A DNA stretch of 64,000 nucleotides, from NCBI RefSeq assembly GCF_009914755.1, contig NC_060925.1; one strand, given 5' to 3'. Position numbers and translations under genes: made by a program. Each line of letters opens with the position of its first letter. Within the stretch, counting starts at the first letter, position 1. This DNA comes from the human T2T-CHM13v2.0 reference genome, Homo sapiens. Under the pieces are notes generated by a model. It saw nothing but the letters and a program-made list of their open reading frames with translations, was not told the DNA's origin and made no database searches. This document shows, in pieces, positions 15,212 to 39,411 of this stretch.

Positions 15212-15297
15212 AAGAAAAAAAAATCATACAAACTTAAATTTCCAGAAAATAGAAAAAGGAAATACTGCCCATATGTGGCATATATAAAATAACCTTT

Positions 15298-15690
15298 ATG
15301 GTAGAGACTGCTAATTGTCCTATTACCTATTCTCCCCTTGTCTTTCACAGCAAAAGAATCTTTGCTTTTAAGTTCAAATAAAGGCCACACTTCCCAGCCT
15401 TCCTTGCAGCTGAGTGTAGCCATATGACTAAGTTCTGGCCAAGAGAAGTAGAAATGGGGTATGCAAGTTTTGATTCATGCTCAAAAGTCAGAGACATGCC
15501 GTTTCTTCACCCTGCCACTTAGAAAGTACATGAGCTATTTGGACCATACGAACTAGGGGTGGTTAAGCAGAACCACCAAACCAGCCCTGGACCACCAACC
15601 TCCAGATAATACAGGACAGAAAAAAAAAACTTCCCTCTCATTCACGTCACCACTATTTTTGGTATCCGTTACATACAGCCAAACCCATGT
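15298..15690. mobile_element. MaLR LTR (MLT1-type)
   Basis: cttcccagccttccttgcagctgagtgtagccatatgactaagttctggccaa is an MLT1-like motif. Confidence 0.55.
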
Positions 15691-15990
15691 ACCAAGCAGA
15701 TCATCCTACATACCAACACCAGAAATGTATCGTATGAGAAAGGAAAATTGAGACCCAATCTCACTTATGATTATAGATGCAAAATCCTAAATAAACTGTT
15801 AGCAAATGGAATCAAGTATTATACTTAAGAAAAATTATGACTAAGTTGGGTTTATGTCATGATTGCAGGGATGACTTTAACATTAGAAAATACATTAATG
15901 TAAGTCTCCACATTAAGAGATTAAAAATTAAAACCATATGATGATGCCAGAATAAATTCAATACCCATTTATAATAATAACGCTTAATAA

Positions 15991-16203
<213 letters not shown>

Positions 16204-16630
16204 TAACAGTAAATGAATGAACAGTAAATGCTTTAAAATTGTTCCTGTTAAAGTCAAACACAAGGAAAGGATTCTTGCTATTATCACTTTATTCAACATT
16301 AATTTGAAGGTTCTGACCATTACACTAAGGAAAACATTTTTTCAAGGTCTAAGGATTGGAAAAAAACAAGGATATGATACAATTGCCTCCAGAGAAGAAA
16401 CAAGCAGGGCAAAACACAAGGCCTATCAGGATAAAAAGCTGATGCAAGTAAGTCGGGGGCTGATCTGAGGCAACAAGCTTCCTCCCACTGCAAATCCACA
16501 GAGCTGGAGGTTTAAATCCAGGGAGACTGCCTTTTCCCAGAGCTGCTTTTTATTTTTTTATTTTTTTATTTTTTTTCCGCATGTATGAGTGAATATTTTA
16601 TTTTTTTATTTTGTATATATATAGATAGAT

Positions 16631-16669
16631 TTTTATTATACTTTAAGTTCCAGGGTACATGTGCACAAC
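16631..16669 (-). mobile_element. Extremely 5'-truncated L1PA 3' end
   Basis: ttttattatactttaagttccagggtacatgtgcacaac is the reverse complement of the primate L1 3' terminus, and it is preceded by T-tracts. Confidence 0.8.
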
Positions 16670-17119
16670 ATAAAGCTTAAAGGCAAATTCCCATCCAGGA
16701 TGTTGCCCAGCGGAATGACCGCAAACAAAATGGTGACACTAGTTCTGCAGTGCCTTTGGCTGTCCACACTGAGGATTTCCCCCAATACCTCCAGATGCAG
16801 TAGCTGAGAACAACCCCCACTCCAGCCCAGGAAACACAGGCTCACAAGCCAAAATCACCAGAACCTGAGATGTACAGAAATTGTAACAAAATACCCCCCA
16901 AAAAGACCAACATGAACCATTTGAAGCATAGTTATTGAAACTGGTAGACCAAAAAGTTAAATTAAGGTAATAAAATCCTCAAAAAGATAAAGGAGAGATT
17001 AGTGATAGAAATAAAAACAAGAAGTCATAAAAAAATAACTGTCCAGGCGCAGTGGCTCACGCCTGTAATCCCCGCACTTTGGGAGGCAGAGGCGGGCAGA
17101 TCACAAGGTCAAGAGATCA

Positions 17120-17308
<189 letters not shown>

Positions 17309-17749
17309 TCAATAAAATAATAATAAAATAAAATAAAGAGCATAATCATTGGGAAAAATAAAAGATGGCTACAACTGGAGAATAAATGGATGAGCTAAAT
17401 GATCAGACTGAGAAACTCTCCCAGAAGGCAGAAGTAGAGAACAAAGAGAATATTTTTAAAGGAGCTAAGTGCTATGGAGAATAGAAGTAGAGTGCTCATA
17501 TCAGGATAACAGGATTCCCCAGACAGGGAATTAAAAAAAAAAAAACAGAGAGGAGGAAATAATGAAGTAATAACATTGAAACACTTCTGAGAATTAGAGA
17601 AAAAGATCTCAGATAGAAAGGGCTCATAGAATGCTAAATAGGGTAACTGAGGAAAAAAACACATTTAGACTCATATTGAAGTGGAAGAAGATCAAATTCA
17701 ATTAAAACTCTGAACATTTCCAAAAGCAATAGATTGCCTACAAAGGAAT

Positions 17750-18908
<1,159 letters not shown>

Positions 18909-20206
18909 GGAACACGAATCAAATTGACATCAGACTTCTCAATAGAAACACTGAATACAAGAAAGTGGCAAGGTTTGTAAGTACTGAAAGAAATTTTAGG
19001 CTAGGTGCAGTGGCTCACCCAGTTAATCCCAGCACTTTGGGAGGCTGAGGTGGGAGGTTCACCTGAGGTCCAGACCAGCCTAGCCAACACATTGAAACCC
19101 CATCTGTACTAAAAATACAAAAATTAGCCGGACGTGGTGACATGCCCCTGTAATCCCTAACTACTCAGGAGGCTGAGGCACAAGAATTTCTTGAGCCTAG
19201 GAGCCTAAGGTTGCAGTGAACCAAAATTGCGCCATTGCACTCCAGCCTGGGAGACAGAGCAAGATTCTATCTCAAAAAAAAAAAGAGAGAGAGAGAGAGA
19301 GAGAAAGAAAGAAAAAAAAATTCTGTGTAGCCAAATAGTCATTCAAATTTGAAAATATAGTAAAAAATATTCTCGGCCAGGCGTGGTGGCTCATGCCTGT
19401 AATCTCAGCACTTTCAGAAGCCGAGGCGGGCAGATCACCTGAGGTCAGGAGTTACAGACTAGCCAGACTAGCCTGGCCAACATGATGAAACCCCATCTCT
19501 ACTAAAAATACAAAAATTAGTCGGGCATGGTGGCGCGTGCCTGTGGTCCTAGCTACTCAGAAGGCTGAGGCAGGAGAATTGCTTGAACCCGGGGAGGCAG
19601 AGGCTGCAGTGAGCTGAGATTGCGCCACTGCACTCCAGCCTGGGTGACAGAGCAAGACTCTGTCTCAAAAAAAAAAAAAAAAATTATCGCATTACAAAAG
19701 CCTCAGAATGTTTGTCACACAAAGACCTACATTTACAGTTCTCAAAGTATCCAAATAAGAAGAGAAATAAGTTCAAGAGGATAGGATGATGCCTGCAATA
19801 TAGGAAATAAACATGATTAAATGACATAATAAAATTGAATATCAACAAAAGCTAAAAGGGGGAGAGAGTCTGAGAAAGAAGAGGTGGAGGAGAGTGAGAG
19901 ATAATCAGAATGGAATGATTGGTTGGAGAGTAGAGTCTCTAGTTACTGTGTCATATATTTGCAGCTGGACTCCGTCCCATAGATGAGCTGAAGCAAAAGG
20001 ACCTTCACACAGAACTTTTATCATCAGCCTGAGGAAAAGTACTCGAAGGACAAGGCCATTGGTTGGGAACTTACACCAAAAAAAAAAAAAGAAAAAAAAC
20101 CTGAATTATAGATACTATGAATATGATGAAAATAAGCAGAACGGACCGGGTGCAGTGGCTCACACCTGTAATCCCAGCACTTTGGGAGGCCGAGGCAGAC
20201 AGATCA

Positions 20207-20519
<313 letters not shown>

Positions 20520-20796
20520 TTAAAAATTATTCAATGAAGTAGCATAAAGTCAAATTAAAGCAACTACATTAACAAGAAAATAGAATGTATAGTTTTCAAA
20601 ACATGAGAAGAATGTTGGCTCTATGTAATGGAAAGTAACAAAGGTGGGGAAAGAAACAACAAAGAAGGCACAGTACATGAAAAATATAAAATTAAATGGC
20701 AGAATAAGTCCTAATATTATAGTAATTGTAATAAAGATGGGTAAAGTAAACACACTTCTTAAAAGACAAACGTTCCTGGGTTGAGTTTCTTCCTTA

Positions 20797-21167
<371 letters not shown>

Positions 21168-21547
21168 TTAAACAAGAAAATAGAAGGAATAAACAAAAGG
21201 AAGAAAATACATGAAGCAAATATAAACCAAAAAAAAATCAGGGAAGTAATTTTAATATTTGACAAAAGAGGATACAAGAGGAAAAATATAAAAGACAAAG
21301 AATGAGGTAATACAAGAAAATACAAACACCAGGAACATAAAAGCACCTACTCATATAGCCTCAAAATATATAAAACAACAACTGATAAAATTTCTGAGGC
21401 TGGGTGTGGTGGCTCATGCCTATAATCCCAGCATTTAGAGAGGCCAGGGTGGGAGGACTGCTTGAGCCCAGGAGTTCCAAGACCAGCCTGGGCAGAATAG
21501 TGGGACCTCATCGCTATTAAAAAATAATAATAATTAATTAAAAATTA

Positions 21548-22021
<474 letters not shown>

Positions 22022-22144
22022 TCACACCCAACAAAGAGAAAATACATAATCTTTTCTAGCATGTATGTATCACGTAATATTGAATATGTTGGATGCTATA
22101 AAGAAAGCCTTGAAAAATTTCAGAGACTCACTATTATCAGATTA

Positions 22145-22363
<219 letters not shown>

Positions 22364-22468
22364 TCACAAGGTCAGGAGATCAAGACCATCCTGGCTAACA
22401 CGGTGAAACCCTGTCTCTACTAAAATTAGCCGGGTGTGGTGGCAGGCGCCTGTAGTCCCACCTACTCA

Positions 22469-22600
<132 letters not shown>

Positions 22601-22783
22601 TTATACAGATTATGTTTTTCTGACTGCAATGCAACAAAATTTTTAAATTAATAGATAATAACGGCCAAGTGCGGTGGCTCACGCCTGTAATCTCAGCACT
22701 TTGATAGGCCGAGGCTGGCAGATCACCTGAGGTCAGAAGTTCAAGACCAGCCTGGCCAACATGGTGAAACCCTGTCTCTACTA

Positions 22784-22975
<192 letters not shown>

Positions 22976-23122
22976 TTAAAATAAATCACCCAAAAAACTG
23001 AAAACAGCCCAATGTCCATCAATAGGACTATAGATAAATAGGGTATTTTCATACAATGAAATATGATAGAGTAGTAAAAATGAATGAACTCCATCAATAT
23101 AAATCTTAAAATAAATCTCTTA

Positions 23123-23215
<93 letters not shown>

Positions 23216-23310
23216 CTAACCAACATGGAGAAACCCCGTCTCTACTAAAAATACAAAATTAGCTGGGCGTGGTGGTGCAGGCCTGTAATCCCAGCTACTC
23301 AGGAGGCTTA

Positions 23311-23406
<96 letters not shown>

Positions 23407-24453
23407 TCAAATAAATAAATAAATAAGTAAAATCTTATTTTAAACAAGAGAGGAAGTTGCAGAAGAATTTATATGCTATGATACCATTTATGTAAAGTGC
23501 AAAAACATGCAATACTAAATAAAATATTGTTTAAAAATTAGCTGGGCGTGGTGGCGGGCGCCTGTAATCCCAGCTACTTGGGAGGCTAAGGCAGGAGAAT
23601 CACTTCAACCTGGGAGGCAGAGGTTGCAGTGAGCCGAGATTGTGCCACTGCACTCCAGCCTGGGCAACACAACAAGACTCCATCTCAATAATAATAATAA
23701 TAATAATATATTGTTTAGAAATTTGTACACATGTGATCAAAAAATTTTTCAATCAAGGGGATCATAAATACACAGTTCAGGATAGTGACTACAGCTGTGG
23801 AAAGTGCAAGTACAATACGGAAGTGTACACAGAGGCCTTTAACTGGATCTGTAAGTTTTAGTTATTTATTTAAAGCAATCTAACTCAAATATAGAAAAAT
23901 GTCCAACTTCAACAAAGCTTATGATTAGATATTGTGTTATTTTCTGTACTTTTCTGTACCTTTGAAATACTTCATCATTAGAACAATAGGAAAAGAAAAA
24001 GAATCTTTAAAAAGGAAGAGCATCCATGAACAGAAAGCAAGCTGTGTATCAGGGAGGAGAGTCCAGTTCCCCTGAGATTTTCCCATGAAACACACAATGT
24101 CAGCAAACAGTAGAGAGAAGGTTACAGGGCTCAGAGAGAAAGGGTGACCCAAGAATTGTATTCCCTGCCAAGCTGCAACAGACTCGAGTTGAAAGAAACA
24201 ACTCAGGGAATACATAAAACAAGGGCCCTTTGAAATTCAACCAACCAAATAATAAATCACATTAAGGATGCAGGAATTAAGAAACCAAGCTAAACGCTCT
24301 GTCTGTGAGCATCGCATTCAGAGAACTGAAGCTAAACTTACATGGAAATCACGGTTACAAGACAGAATGTAAATACTGTATACATAATATAACTATCAGA
24401 TAGTGCTACTCTGGGGTACAGGAAATGGAAGTGTAAATGTATTATTTTCCTCA

Positions 24454-24819
<366 letters not shown>

Positions 24820-24899
24820 TTACCTGAAGTTCAATATTTTGTTCATTTTCCCTTTGGCTAACTACAAGTAAAATAATTTAAATTGTACTTTTTTGATAA

Positions 24900-25232
<333 letters not shown>

Positions 25233-25677
25233 TAAAGAATGATTCTGGCTGCTATATGAGTATATAAGGTGAGTATGTTCCTATAAAGGAACAAGGGGAG
25301 ATGCTTGGAATGTCTAAGTAAGAGACAACCATGATTCTGATCAATATGGTAGCAGTAGAAGTGGAAAGAGGGATTAATTCTGGATATGTTTTGAAGATGG
25401 AACTAGCAGGATTTCAAAACAGACAAGATGTGGGATGCGAAATATAGAAAGGAAGAATGAATGGCTCCATGCTGACAACAGAGCTGCCAGCGAACCAGAG
25501 CACGAAGAGCAGGTTGAGGACAAAAGGGGCATATGGAGTCTGCATTTGGACGTGCCTTTTGGACAGACCCTCTTCTCACTCCATGCTTGCCATGGGCAAG
25601 CTCATCCGTGCCCAGTACTTAGGTTACCATCTAAATGTTTCTGACTCCCAAATTGCCAATCCAGCCCTCCCCCATGA

Positions 25678-26029
<352 letters not shown>

Positions 26030-26692
26030 TGAAACTAAACTTGCAGTGTCCACATGTCCTCCTTCCCCACTCACTCTGAAAAAGGGTTCTGGGCCTTTCC
26101 CAGCATTGCCTGTATCAATGAATGGCACTACCATTCTGGCTGCACAAGCCAGATATATGGAAGTTGCCTGGACACCTTCCTCTCTCTGGTCCATCAGATT
26201 CAGTTCATAAGCAAGGCCTGACTTTTTTACCCCTTACATTTCTCCCAAATCCATCCCATTGTTACATCTCTCCACCAGCCCCATTCCTCAGGACTCACTG
26301 TCCTCTTTCTTGCTTTGTTTTTCTCCATATGCCATATGATTTTCTTGTCTGCTTACTGATTGTATATCTCCACCCGAGTGGACTGAGTTCTGTGACGGCA
26401 GAGACAGAACAGTGCCTGAGGCTGGGAGTGGTGGCCCATGCCTGTAGTCCCAGCACTTTGGGAGACCGAGATGGGCAGATCACTTGAGCCCAGGAGTTCA
26501 AGACCAGCCTGGGAAACATGGCAAAACCCTGTCTCTACAAAAAAATAGTAAAAAATAAAAATTAGCCGGGTGTGGTGGCAGCACGCCTGTAGTCCCAGCT
26601 ACTCAGGAGGCTGAGGTGGGAGGATCACCTGAATCTGAGAAGTTGAGACCTCAGTGAGCTGTAATTGGGCCACTGTACTACAGCCTGGTTTA

Positions 26693-27115
<423 letters not shown>

Positions 27116-27912
27116 CTAGTGCTCAGGAGACAATCACAGTTAAGAACAGAAGCTCTGAAATCAGAGCGTCCGGGTTCCACCACTTATCAGTTCTATGATC
27201 TGCAGCAACTTATGTAACTTTTCTGCACCTTGGTTTCCTCATCTGTAAAATGAAAATAATGGAAGTCCTTACTTCATAAGCTCATAAGGATTAGGGAGTT
27301 AATACATGCAAAATACTCAGAATAGCACTTGGTATAAAGTAAGTACTCAACAAATATTAGGTGTTATTTTTTGCCTCCTAGCTGATCCTCCTGAATCTGT
27401 TCTGCCCCTCTTGATCTTTTCCGTATTGCAGACTGAGTGTAATTTTCCAAAAGGCAAATCTATGTCACATGCACAAGCACACACACACACACACACACAT
27501 TCTCACATCACTAGAAAAACCATTCCTTGGTTTTTGTGTCCCCCAAGGCCTTGCCTACTTCTCCAGCCTTGCCTACTTCTCCATCCTTGCCTGGTACCTC
27601 TCTCCTCCTTGCTCTTGAGCTTCAGCCATGCCTGCTCTCTCTCAGTTACAAACTCATCATGCTCCCTCCTGCCATAGGGCCTTTGCCCATGATGGACCCT
27701 CTATCTGGAAAGTCCTTTTCCTCCTCAACTCCACTCTCACCTGCTCCCTTTGCATGGATAACTTACGCTTATCTTTCAGATCTCAGCTCAAGTGTCCCTT
27801 CCACAAGGATCTTCCCACACAAACGCTAAGTCAAGTTTCTTTGTTAAAAATTCCTACAAATGTGATCCTTTAGAAGTTATCTCAATTTGTAATTATCCAC
27901 TTGTTTATGTGA

Positions 27913-28344
<432 letters not shown>

Positions 28345-28726
28345 TGAGCCACCACGCCTGGCCTTAAGGTACTTTATTCTTACTGAATGAATAAATGAGT
28401 CTGCAGCAGAAACAACACAGCCACTATACAGGGCCTCTGAGGGACACTCTTAGTCCTCCATAATTATTGGGGCCAAAACCGGACAAGAACCTCTGCCCTT
28501 TGGGCAGTCCACACAGAGTTAGTAAAAGATGGGGTCTGAGTCACAAGTCTCCTGATCATCAACAGTGAGTCCTTGGCTGAGTCACATCACCTCTCTGAAC
28601 CTTGACATCTTCATGTGTAAAATGTGGGTCATGATACTTATCTCACTGCAGTTGTTAAGAGGAACAAAAAAACCTTGAATGTGAAAGTGCTCATTAAAAC
28701 TTTTGCCAGGCGGGCGTGGTGGCTCA

Positions 28727-29355
<629 letters not shown>

Positions 29356-30471
29356 TTAACACTGGACAAAGAAAGTATGTTTAGTTTTTCAAAAGGGACT
29401 TTACTAGGAATCTAAATGTAAAATAAAACCAAATTTACAGAAAATACAAAAGTTGACACAGATAGTTTCAGGTTTCTTACCCTATGTGACAAAATGAGCT
29501 AGGCTCTCACCCTAAAGAATGATAGATCTGAGGCCAGGTGCGGTAGCTCACACCTATAATCCCAGCACTTCGGGAGGCCAAGGTGGGAAGATCACTTGAG
29601 CCCAGGAGTTCAAGACCAGCCTGGCCAACATAAAGAGACATCATCTCTACAGAAAACTTTTGAAAATTAGCCAGGCATGGTGACCCTGCACCTGTAGTCC
29701 TAGCCATTCAGGAGGCTGAGGTAGGAGGATTGCTTGAACTGGGGAGGTCGAGGCTGCAGTGAGCCGTAATCACACCCCTACTCCAGCCTGGGCAACAGAG
29801 CAAGACTCTGTCTCAAAAATAAAAAACAATGACAGGTCTGCTATAGATGGGTTTGACAGGCACAACTTATTGGGCACCCACCACTTCAGTCCCAAGAGGG
29901 TCAGACACTGGGCCAGGCCAGCGCTGGACCCCAGACGGAGGAAAGGCCTTCTCTGCTCCACTGTGAGGCCCCACAGAGACCTGCTTCTGGTTCTTCTCTC
30001 TCCTGATATGCTCAGGGAGGCACCTGGTTCACAGCTCCTGGGTAAGGGAGGCATGCCCTTCTCTTGCCCCAGCAGTCCTGAGGGAGGCCACAGGCTGAGC
30101 CCACTGACCCTCCAGTGGCTGCTTTTTCTCCTTTGGGATCTCTCTGGCTCCAGGCTCTGAAGCCAAAGCTCTGCCTGCTGTTACAGTCCTCTGACCTCCT
30201 CTGAAGTTCGGCTTCCTCCCCAGAGCCCTTAAACCCCCTAGCAACAGGCTTCTAATTAGCATCACACACATACTCATTTCCTGCCAGCTGTCCTACAGTC
30301 TTGGTAGGGTGGAAGGGCTGGTTTCATCCAAGTACTGCGGGCAGTGAGGGGAGCAAAGCCCATCTTCTCTCAAGAAAGCAGAAGTGGTCCTGGGGACAGA
30401 GATGGGGCTGGCCCAAACAGCCTGCAGCTGTTCCCTCACCCCTCCTAAGAGAGTCTCTCTCTTGTCTCTGA

Positions 30472-30654
<183 letters not shown>

Positions 30655-31726
30655 TGAGTAGCTAGGACTACAGGTGTGCACCACCACGCCCAGCTAATTT
30701 TTTGTATTTTTATTAGAGACGGGGTTTCAACATCTTGGCCAGACTGATCTTGAACTCCTGACAATCTGCCTGCAATCTGCCTGCGTCGGCCTCCCAAAGT
30801 GCTGGAATTACAGGCGTGAGCAACCACATCTGGCCCCTTCTCCCTTTGGAAGGAAAGATGGGAATGCTGAGTGGGGTGAGAGGGAACAGGCACAGTATTG
30901 AGGACTGGAAAATGAGAGAGGAGGCAGGAAGGGCAGCTCTATCCTGAATTGCCTCCAGGATTTTCCAGGAGATCCCCCATCCCCTGGGCTTCGAGGAGCC
31001 ACCTCCTTCACCACCACAAGGCCTTGGCACCATCATCTTTGCTCTGTCTTCTAGAAGGCTCTTTGCCTTTTTCCTCCTCACCCCCTCCAGGCCTGCCCCT
31101 CTCCTGCCTTCTGTTCCAGCCCAGCTCATGCCTCCTCTAGGAAGCCTTCCTAGGTAGCACCTACTCTGCATTGCTGGTGACCCTGCTGTTCCCTAAAGCA
31201 GTAGTCTGTCTTCACAAGGTTTGTTTCTGTGCTCCCTAAAGGAATTGTTCTTTTCTTGAGCCCTAAAGGAATTTCGTAAACTATGTACTGGCTTGCACAT
31301 TTTTCAGGTTGACAGCTAAGATTTTTCATCATGCTTAAATCATTGCCAAGTGTGCAGTTTCTGAAGTGTTTTACATATTGCAACGTTTTAGAATATAACT
31401 GCTAAGATTCTGTTCTAAATATATGTTCAATTAAATCTAAATATCAGGCCGGACGCGGTGGCTCACACCTGTAATCCCAGCACTTTGCGAGGCCGAGGTG
31501 GGCAGATCACGAGGTCAGGAGATCGAGACCATCCTGGCTAATACGGTGAAACCCCATCTCTACTAAAAATACAAAAAATTAGCTGGGTGTGGTGGCGGAT
31601 GCCTGTAATCCCAGCTACTTGGGAGGCTGGGGCAGAGAACTGCTTGAACCCAGGAGGCGGAGGATGCAGTGAGCCGAGACCGTGCCACTGCACTCCAGCC
31701 TGGCGACAGAGTGAGACTCTGCCTCA

Positions 31727-31757
<31 letters not shown>

Positions 31758-31806
31758 TAAATATTACAATGACTTGATACCCTCCACCATCCATTTATTT
31801 ATTTAA

Positions 31807-31929
<123 letters not shown>

Positions 31930-32134
31930 TGAGTAGCTGGAATTACAGGCATGTGCCACCACATCCAGCTAATATTTGTATTTTTTAGCAGAGACGGGGT
32001 TTCAACATGCTGGCCAGTCTGGTCTCGAACTCCTGACCTCAGGTGATCTGCCCACCTCAACTTCCCAAAGTGCTGGGATTACAAGCATGAGCCACTGCAC
32101 CCGGCCTCCATCATCCATTTAAAATATGTATGTA

Positions 32135-34170
<2,036 letters not shown>

Positions 34171-34174
34171 TGAC

Positions 34175-34181
34175 AGATAGC

Positions 34182-34224
<43 letters not shown>

Positions 34225-34316
34225 GATAGATAGATAGCAGATAGGTAGATAGGTAAGTAGATAAATAGATGATAGATTGATAGATACATAGATGGATGGA
34301 TGGATAGATAGATAGA
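34175..34316. repeat. (GATA)n compound tetranucleotide microsatellite
   Basis: Directly visible. Confidence 0.95.
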
Positions 34317-34974
34317 ACCACCCCCCTCCCCCCGCCACCAACAAGACATGTTAACTCATTCTTTATCATTCAGTCAAGGTAGCATAGTAGGCCGGGCACG
34401 GCAGCTCATGCCTGTAATCCCAGCACTTTGGGAGGCTGAGGCAGGTGGATCTCTTGAGGCCAGGAGTTTGAGACCAGCCTGGCCAACATAGTGAAACCCC
34501 TTCTCTACTAAAAATACAAAAATTAGCTGAGTGTGGTGGCGCCAGCCTGTAATCCCAGCTACTGGGGGTGGGAAAGGAGGAACAGTACAACACCTTGAGT
34601 GCCACCCTGTTCCAGGGCAGATCAATTTTAGAAGGCTGAGGATCTGTAAGTGGATGCCAATAAAACTATTGTGCCTGTGCATCTTTTTGGAAAGTCTTAA
34701 GCTGTTCCCATTTAAAAACTGCTGATGCCCAGTTCTGCAGGGTGGGTTTCCTACTGGGATCTCCCTCAGTGCAAGAGCAGGGGAGAAACCAAGGAACTGG
34801 CAATGTCCCCTCCAGCAGCTGCAAGTCATGGCTTCCATTCCACCTGGCCTCCCACACTCCTTCTTCCTTGCACCTCTACTTCTCCATCCCACAACTTCTG
34901 TCTGTATCGGGATAGTCTACTAATGAGAATTCAGAGCCTCAGTGCCACTCATGGCTCAAGACTAAGGGTCATGG

Positions 34975-37850
<2,876 letters not shown>

Positions 37851-38165
37851 AAGACTAAGGGTCATGGTCCCTCTCTCGTGGAATTGCAGTGAGGACTAAA
37901 CGGGACTTACAGTGTGCCTGGAAGTTGAATTTGAGTCTGAGTCTGGGCTAAAAGGGCCCAGAGATGGTGACCTAAGGCCTTTGGCCCTTTATGGAGGAGG
38001 ATGGAGGGAGCTGCTGGCCCACAGCTGACAGTGCCTGTTGGAATTTAGGAGTTCTGGCTCCTTTCTTGCTCTGCCTTTGAGGTTCTTCTGTGAGATTCTC
38101 TCTTATCACAGGGCCCAAGGGCTAAGACCACCAAAGCATAAAACGTTTCCAAGGAGTGGGAAGGT

Positions 38166-38171
38166 TTTAAT
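38166..38171 (-). terminator. S100A16: S100A16 polyadenylation signal (ATTAAA)
   Basis: TTTAAT on + reads ATTAAA on -, about 620 nt after the stop. A weaker TATAAA variant lies at 38216-38221. Confidence 0.65.
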
Positions 38172-38353
38172 GAGCATCCCAGAGGGACCAGGGGATACAA
38201 ACTCCAAATCCAGCCTTTATATCATCATTATTTCAAGCAACAGGAGGAGGCTCAGCCTTGCTTAGCTCATTCCCAGATGAAGAGGCAGCTGGAGGGAAGT
38301 CCCTGAAAGTGCCTCTCTACCCAGCAGAGGGGCTAAGGGAAAGTGGAGAGGTC

Positions 38354-38354
<1 letters not shown>

Positions 38355-38388
<34 letters not shown>

Positions 38389-38393
38389 TGCTA
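38355..38393 (-). repeat. (CAG)10-type trinucleotide repeat in the S100A16 3'UTR
   Basis: The + strand reads (CTG)10 TTG CTG CTA, between the stop codon and the poly(A) signal. Confidence 0.95.
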
Positions 38394-38793
38394 CCACTGC
38401 CACCAAGAGCAGGGAGACCTCAAGCACCAAGCTGACCTTTGGAGGTCAGGACGGACCCAGAATCAGGCAGGAATTTGGCAGGAACATCAGACATTGGAAG
38501 GTTAGATGAGACTGAACAGGTGAGAAAACTCTTAGGGTCCCCAGACAGCATTGAGATCTCACAGAGGGGCCCCAAGGGCCTGCGACTCCAGGAGCTGAGA
38601 CCCCCCAGGGAGGGAGGTACCTCTAGACTGAGACACTCACAAAGGGACCCCAGTTCAGCAAGGGTCAGAGGAAGGTCTGGAGGGAGAAGAGAGTAAAGGG
38701 CCCTGGGTGGGCAGGAGGCTGAGGAGGGAGCCTGGGGAGAGCACCAGGGCGGGGCATCAGGCCAGTGCCTGGAAGGTGTGGCCAAAGGGGTCT

Positions 38794-38952
38794 CTAGCTG
38801 CTGCTCTGCTGCTCCTGCTCATGGATGAGTTTGGCGATGGGGCCGGTGATGCCGCCTATCAAGGTCCAGTACTCATCGAAGCTGATGCGCCCATCATGAT
38901 TGGCATCCAGGTTCTGGATGAGCTTATCCGCAGCCTTCCGGTTCCCTGTGTC
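38794..38952 (-). CDS. S100A16: S100A16 last coding exon (C-terminal canonical EF-hand)
   Basis: Encodes DTGNRKAADKLIQNLDANHDGRISFDEYWTLIGGITGPIAKLIHEQEQQSSS*. AG acceptor at 38953-38954, TAG stop at 38794-38796. Joined to the upstream exon it gives the known 103-aa S100A16. Confidence 0.97.
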   Translation of the reverse strand, partial: DTGNRKAADKLIQNLDANHDGRISFDEYWTLIGGITGPIAKLIHEQEQQSSS

Positions 38953-39258
38953 CTGGGGAGGAAGCAGGGTCAGCAATGCTGATGGTGGAAGCCCCAGAGA
39001 GACTCCAGGCAGGACCCTAGGCAGAGACCCAGGATCTGGCCTGCACAGCTGCTTCCCTTGGGAAATGCAAATATAGCCCTCACTGGCTAGGCCTAAGCAT
39101 CCTGAGAAGACAGAGGCCTGGGGGTGTAGAAGACCCTGGAGTTAGCGGGGACACTGGAAGGATAGAGGCCTCAGCAGGGAAAGACACCCTCAGAGGCCAG
39201 AGGCTTGCAGGGGAGGGAAGGGGAGAGGGAGGCAAGGCCCTTGGGTGAGAGGCCTTAC

Positions 39259-39411
39259 CGACAGCATGTGGTTCAGCTCTTTCTGGAGCATCTCGCGGAA
39301 GCTGCTCTTGCTGATCTTGTTCTTGACCAGGCTGTACTTAGACACATATTTGTAGAAGTTTTCCACCAGGACAATGACTGCCTTCTCCAGCTCCGTGTAG
39401 CAGTCTGACAT
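39259..39411 (-). CDS. S100A16: S100A16 first coding exon (N-terminal S100 EF-hand)
   Basis: ATG at 39411 encodes MSDCYTELEKAVIVLVENFYKYVSKYSLVKNKISKSSFREMLQKELNHMLS, followed by a GTAAGG donor (GT at 39257-39258). The exon begins at 39437 after a pyrimidine tract and CAG. Confidence 0.97.

Noticed and set aside
27549-27592. 18-bp unit repeated ~2.4 times (ccttgcctacttctcca)
   Set aside because: Simple slippage duplication in an L2 remnant; no spacers and not CRISPR-like.
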